Source: Podarcis bocagei (taxonomy: Eukaryota). From it: a stretch of DNA of 64,000 bases. The DNA lies in assembly GCA_964188305.1 (NCBI GenBank), contig OZ076896.1; one strand, written 5' to 3'. The notes under the pieces were generated by a model, which saw nothing but the letters and a program-made list of their open reading frames with translations, was not told where the DNA came from and did not search any database. The position numbers and the translations under genes are program-made. Positions 60,484-64,000 of this stretch are shown here, one piece after another; the first letter of the stretch is position 1, and every line of letters begins with the position of its first letter.

Positions 60484-61914
60484 GTTCCTACCTCCTTCTC
60501 TAAACAGAGGGATCGATAGCTGACCCCACGGTTTGGCCAGTGCTTTATTTATCTGCCCGAGCAATGATATTATCAGCCTTAAACGTTATATACAGCAAAT
60601 GTCTTCCTAAATCAACACACAAGGATATCTCCCAGCAGCCAAGCTGCTCTGCCTTCAAGAAGTTCGCTCTGCCTCTTGCCCTCTCCTCCGCTTTCCACAA
60701 CAACCGGGGCCCGTTTTACACCCCGTAGTTTTCAACGGGATTCTCTGTTTGAAGCTTGATGGTGGGCTCTGCAGCCAAGAGGTTTTAGATACACGATTGT
60801 GCAACCCCGCTTGCTGTTTCTTCCAGGGATTCGCTTGTCAGCCTGGCTGGGCTGCTTAAAGGCTGCTCAACGCTATCCCTTTTTTGTAATGGGGGTGGGG
60901 AGGAGATCTAATTTCCCACTGTCCTCTCTGTTAATTGCTTTCTTTCCTTGCAATTATATGTATAAACCGATTTGCTCCTTTCCATGTTATGGCTTTGTGA
61001 TTCTAATGCAAACCACTTGAGGGGGGTTGGGGTGGGGAGAGAAGAGAAGAGAAGAGACCAGCCATCTCCCCCCATCACACACAGGCAAAATGCATCCCAC
61101 CCCCTTCTTAGAAGATGCGTGGTCCTTAGGACTGCAGTGCATCTCAGTCTTACTTGGGAGTAGATCCCACGGCATTTAGCAGGATGTGCTTCTGAGCAAG
61201 GCGGGCAACACTTATTTTCAAATGTATGGCAGCCAACCAGATCGGGGCCTTCCGGTGAAATTCACCATACCCAGAAATTGGACCCAACACCGAATTGCTC
61301 CGGCATGATCAGACAAAGGATGGGGACCCTCAGGGCAGCTCATCTGCCAGTCCTACTCTCCATTCACGTTCATCTCCCTTGGCTCCCTCTACAGGTGGCT
61401 GTCCTTGGCCAGCATGGCCCACTGGAGAATCCCAGCCCATTTTATTCCACTTGTTTCTGCAACCTTGACAAAGGTGCAACGCTAGGCGCGCGTTTGAAGC
61501 CCAAAGTTGTAGGCAGAATGACCGGCAAAGCCATCCCCAACGAGCTCAACAGAGATCATTCGGAGTGCTCGCGATTGCCGTCTCCGCGGGAAGGGGTTGC
61601 CATGGAAGGCAGCGGGGTAAAAGAGGCTGAGAGTCCGGCTGAAGTCCTTGAAGGGGCTTCCGCCAACTTCCAAGCCTCAGAGTGGGTGTAAGGCGAGAGG
61701 GGAGCGGAGAACGTGACGCAGCTCGGAAGAGAGGCAGTTCTGGAGAGAAAGAGAGAGTCACCTTGCCTTCCTTCCAGCTTCTCTGCAAATTTCTCCTTCC
61801 TTTTCAGCTGTTTTGTGCTGACTCTTCTATGTGATGTGCTGGCTGGGTGGGGAGAAAAGAATTGGGAGGAGGGCACTGAGGGAGCATATTTTAAGTCCAG
61901 AATCCTCAATGGTT

Positions 61915-61918
<4 letters not shown>

Positions 61919-61965
<47 letters not shown>
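61919..61965. repeat. (CT)n microsatellite
   Basis: Direct observation. Confidence 0.97.
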
Positions 61966-61971
<6 letters not shown>

Positions 61972-63395
61972 GCCACACAACCCAACTTTGAAAATGGATT
62001 CGCTGACAAGTAAGGATAATAAATTAGAGGCGCTTTCAGATAGATATCTCAGACGTGAAATTGCGCCCAGCTGGTTGTGTAAGCAAACAAATAGCCGCCG
62101 TGTTCGAGGGCTCGCGGCTTGATGAATAGAACACGACAGAGGTAAATGGCTCTTTAACTCATTTAGGAATAAAACTCTCCGGCTCCCCCAGTCAAAGAGC
62201 CTCGGAACGGCGTGGATCCTGAGCGAGCCCTTTTAAACAAGAGTTTTATTGGTTTCCACTTGTGAGCCCTCATCTTTCCCCAATTCCTCCCTCCCACCCC
62301 CGCAGGGAGGCCTCGTCAAGGCACCAACTGACTAGTTAAAAAAAAATAAAAAAGGAAGAAGAAGACAAAAACTTGTCAGGTTTCGAAAGGTGTAGTAGCC
62401 ACATGGCAAACTTGAAAATCTGCCAGAATTATCAGGGCTGGTTCTGGCTGCCTGCCTGGCTGCCCGCCTTTCCCGCTAGAAACTCAATAGAAAATATGAA
62501 CCGACTGTATTATTATTTTTCTTAAAAAAAAATTCTTCCCTAGCATCAGGACGATATTGCCTTTTCTTTCTTTCTTTTTAATTACACCCATCTATGTAAA
62601 CTGGAGGGGGAAGAGGGACAGAATCCATTTCTCCAAAGGTATTGAGTCTCCCCTACCTCGTCTAGAAGCCCAACCAGCAGAGAAGCCTCTTCTCTTTTAC
62701 TCAGACTTCACTCTGGGGAAGGGACACCGCAATCTCACGCCACAAATCAGTGAGACTTACTAGTTTCAGGCAAAACTGCTTCGGGCCGAAGCTTTAGCTC
62801 CAAAAGGTCTTCTCATTACTAGGGAGGAGCTGGTGTAGGTCTGTCTTCTCTCTGTTTGTCTGCCTCTCTCTCTCAAGATTCACGAGGCGGGGAAGGGATC
62901 TCTCTCTCTCTTTCTCTCTCACGCCACCCGTAATTCCTGGGGGAAACTTCTGTCCGACCCCCATCCTCTGCCTTTTTAAATTTTTTTGGCTGGCGGAGGG
63001 TTCTAAAAGCAGCTTGAATCTACAACACTTTGCAACCACTTCAAAGAAATATTAAGCTCTCCCTCTCCCCGAGAACGTTTTGCTTGCAAAAAACGAACCC
63101 TTTGACTTGCACATCACGCACGCATGCACATTTAAAAGAGAGGGATCTATGCCAAAAAGAGTGACTTCGGATTAAAGCATTCAGATCTATGTTCTTATTG
63201 ATGTCTAGAACGAAAAGGAGTTAACCCAAGTTGCCTTTTCCCAAGGAGAATGGCCCACAACCTCAAGCTTTCGACCAAAATGCTTTCTCGGTATTATCGA
63301 TCTCTGCCAGAGCATCCTTACGTGGAGAGCTGCGTTTGAAATAAATTTATTAACCGTTCCCCCCTCCCTTCCATGACGTTAAACGTGACTCAACA

Positions 63396-63398
<3 letters not shown>

Positions 63399-63441
<43 letters not shown>

Positions 63442-63486
63442 TCCTTCCTTCTTTCTTTCCTTCCTTCCTTCCTTCCTTCTTCTCTC
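63399..63486. repeat. Compound (CT)n(CCTT)n polypyrimidine repeat
   Basis: Direct observation. Confidence 0.96.
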
Positions 63487-64000
63487 ACCTAATTTGGTAG
63501 ACATCCACATGTGGCTCCTAGATTCTTATAAAAGGAACAAATCTGTTATTCGTTGGCAGGTGAACCAGAGTGCTGTGGAGCCCTGAGACACATTCCCTCT
63601 TCCCTTGTCAAAAAACTGTCAGGGCTCTGTCGTCTGCCCTGTTGGGCTGAAGTCATTTCAGAAAGCCGACCCACAAACACCTTACGTTTAAATCAAGCCT
63701 CACAGATGATGGGAGTGGAACTGGCTTGCCAGATCCCTTTTCCTTTCCGGGCGAGCGATGATGATCCACACACAAGACACTTCCAAGTACATCGTTTTAG
63801 GCCACTCCATTCCGCTCTTATATATGAACATTCCTGACCAAATGTGCAGTCCCATTTACATCAGTGGTAGGTCTAAACCCGTCTCACACCAGGGCAACTC
63901 CGCTTTTGCGGGGTTGTTCTCGTTAAATGCGACTGAAGACTTAAAGGCAGCCACATGTCCACATTGCAGAACTAGTTGTTTATTATTATTATTTCACAAT

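Noticed and set aside
35700-64000. Many 60-214 aa ORFs on both strands in the GC-rich half
   Set aside because: Overlapping, low-complexity Arg/Pro/Gly/Ala-rich translations with no recognisable domain (no homeobox, bHLH, forkhead etc.); expected by chance at high GC.

Overview
Vertebrate genomic DNA with four assembly gaps; the repeat complement (CR1 LINE fragments, a tRNA-derived SINE, hAT and Tc1/mariner MITEs) points to a squamate, probably a lacertid lizard (inference). The window has two compartments. Bases 1-35.6 kb are AT-rich, CpG-poor and repeat-bearing, and include a nearly intact IR/DR-type DD34E Tc1 transposon (17926-19467). Bases 35.7-64 kb are CpG-retaining and transposon-poor, with several CpG islands, homeodomain-site-rich blocks, an RE1-like site and many GA repeats. 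This resembles the regulatory domain of a developmental transcription-factor gene lying outside the window. I recognise no intact host protein-coding gene. The main candidate discovery is a minus-strand multi-exon gene relic that starts in the CpG island at ~36.3 kb (MASPKKRKIDA*LFHE) and runs off the left edge. It has canonical splice sites, short introns, several phase-compatible junctions and a segment resembling DEAH-helicase motif Ia, but its frames carry scattered stop codons. It may be a unitary pseudogene or lncRNA or, more speculatively, a recoded (edited/read-through) gene. The exon model was made by eye and needs alignment and RNA data.
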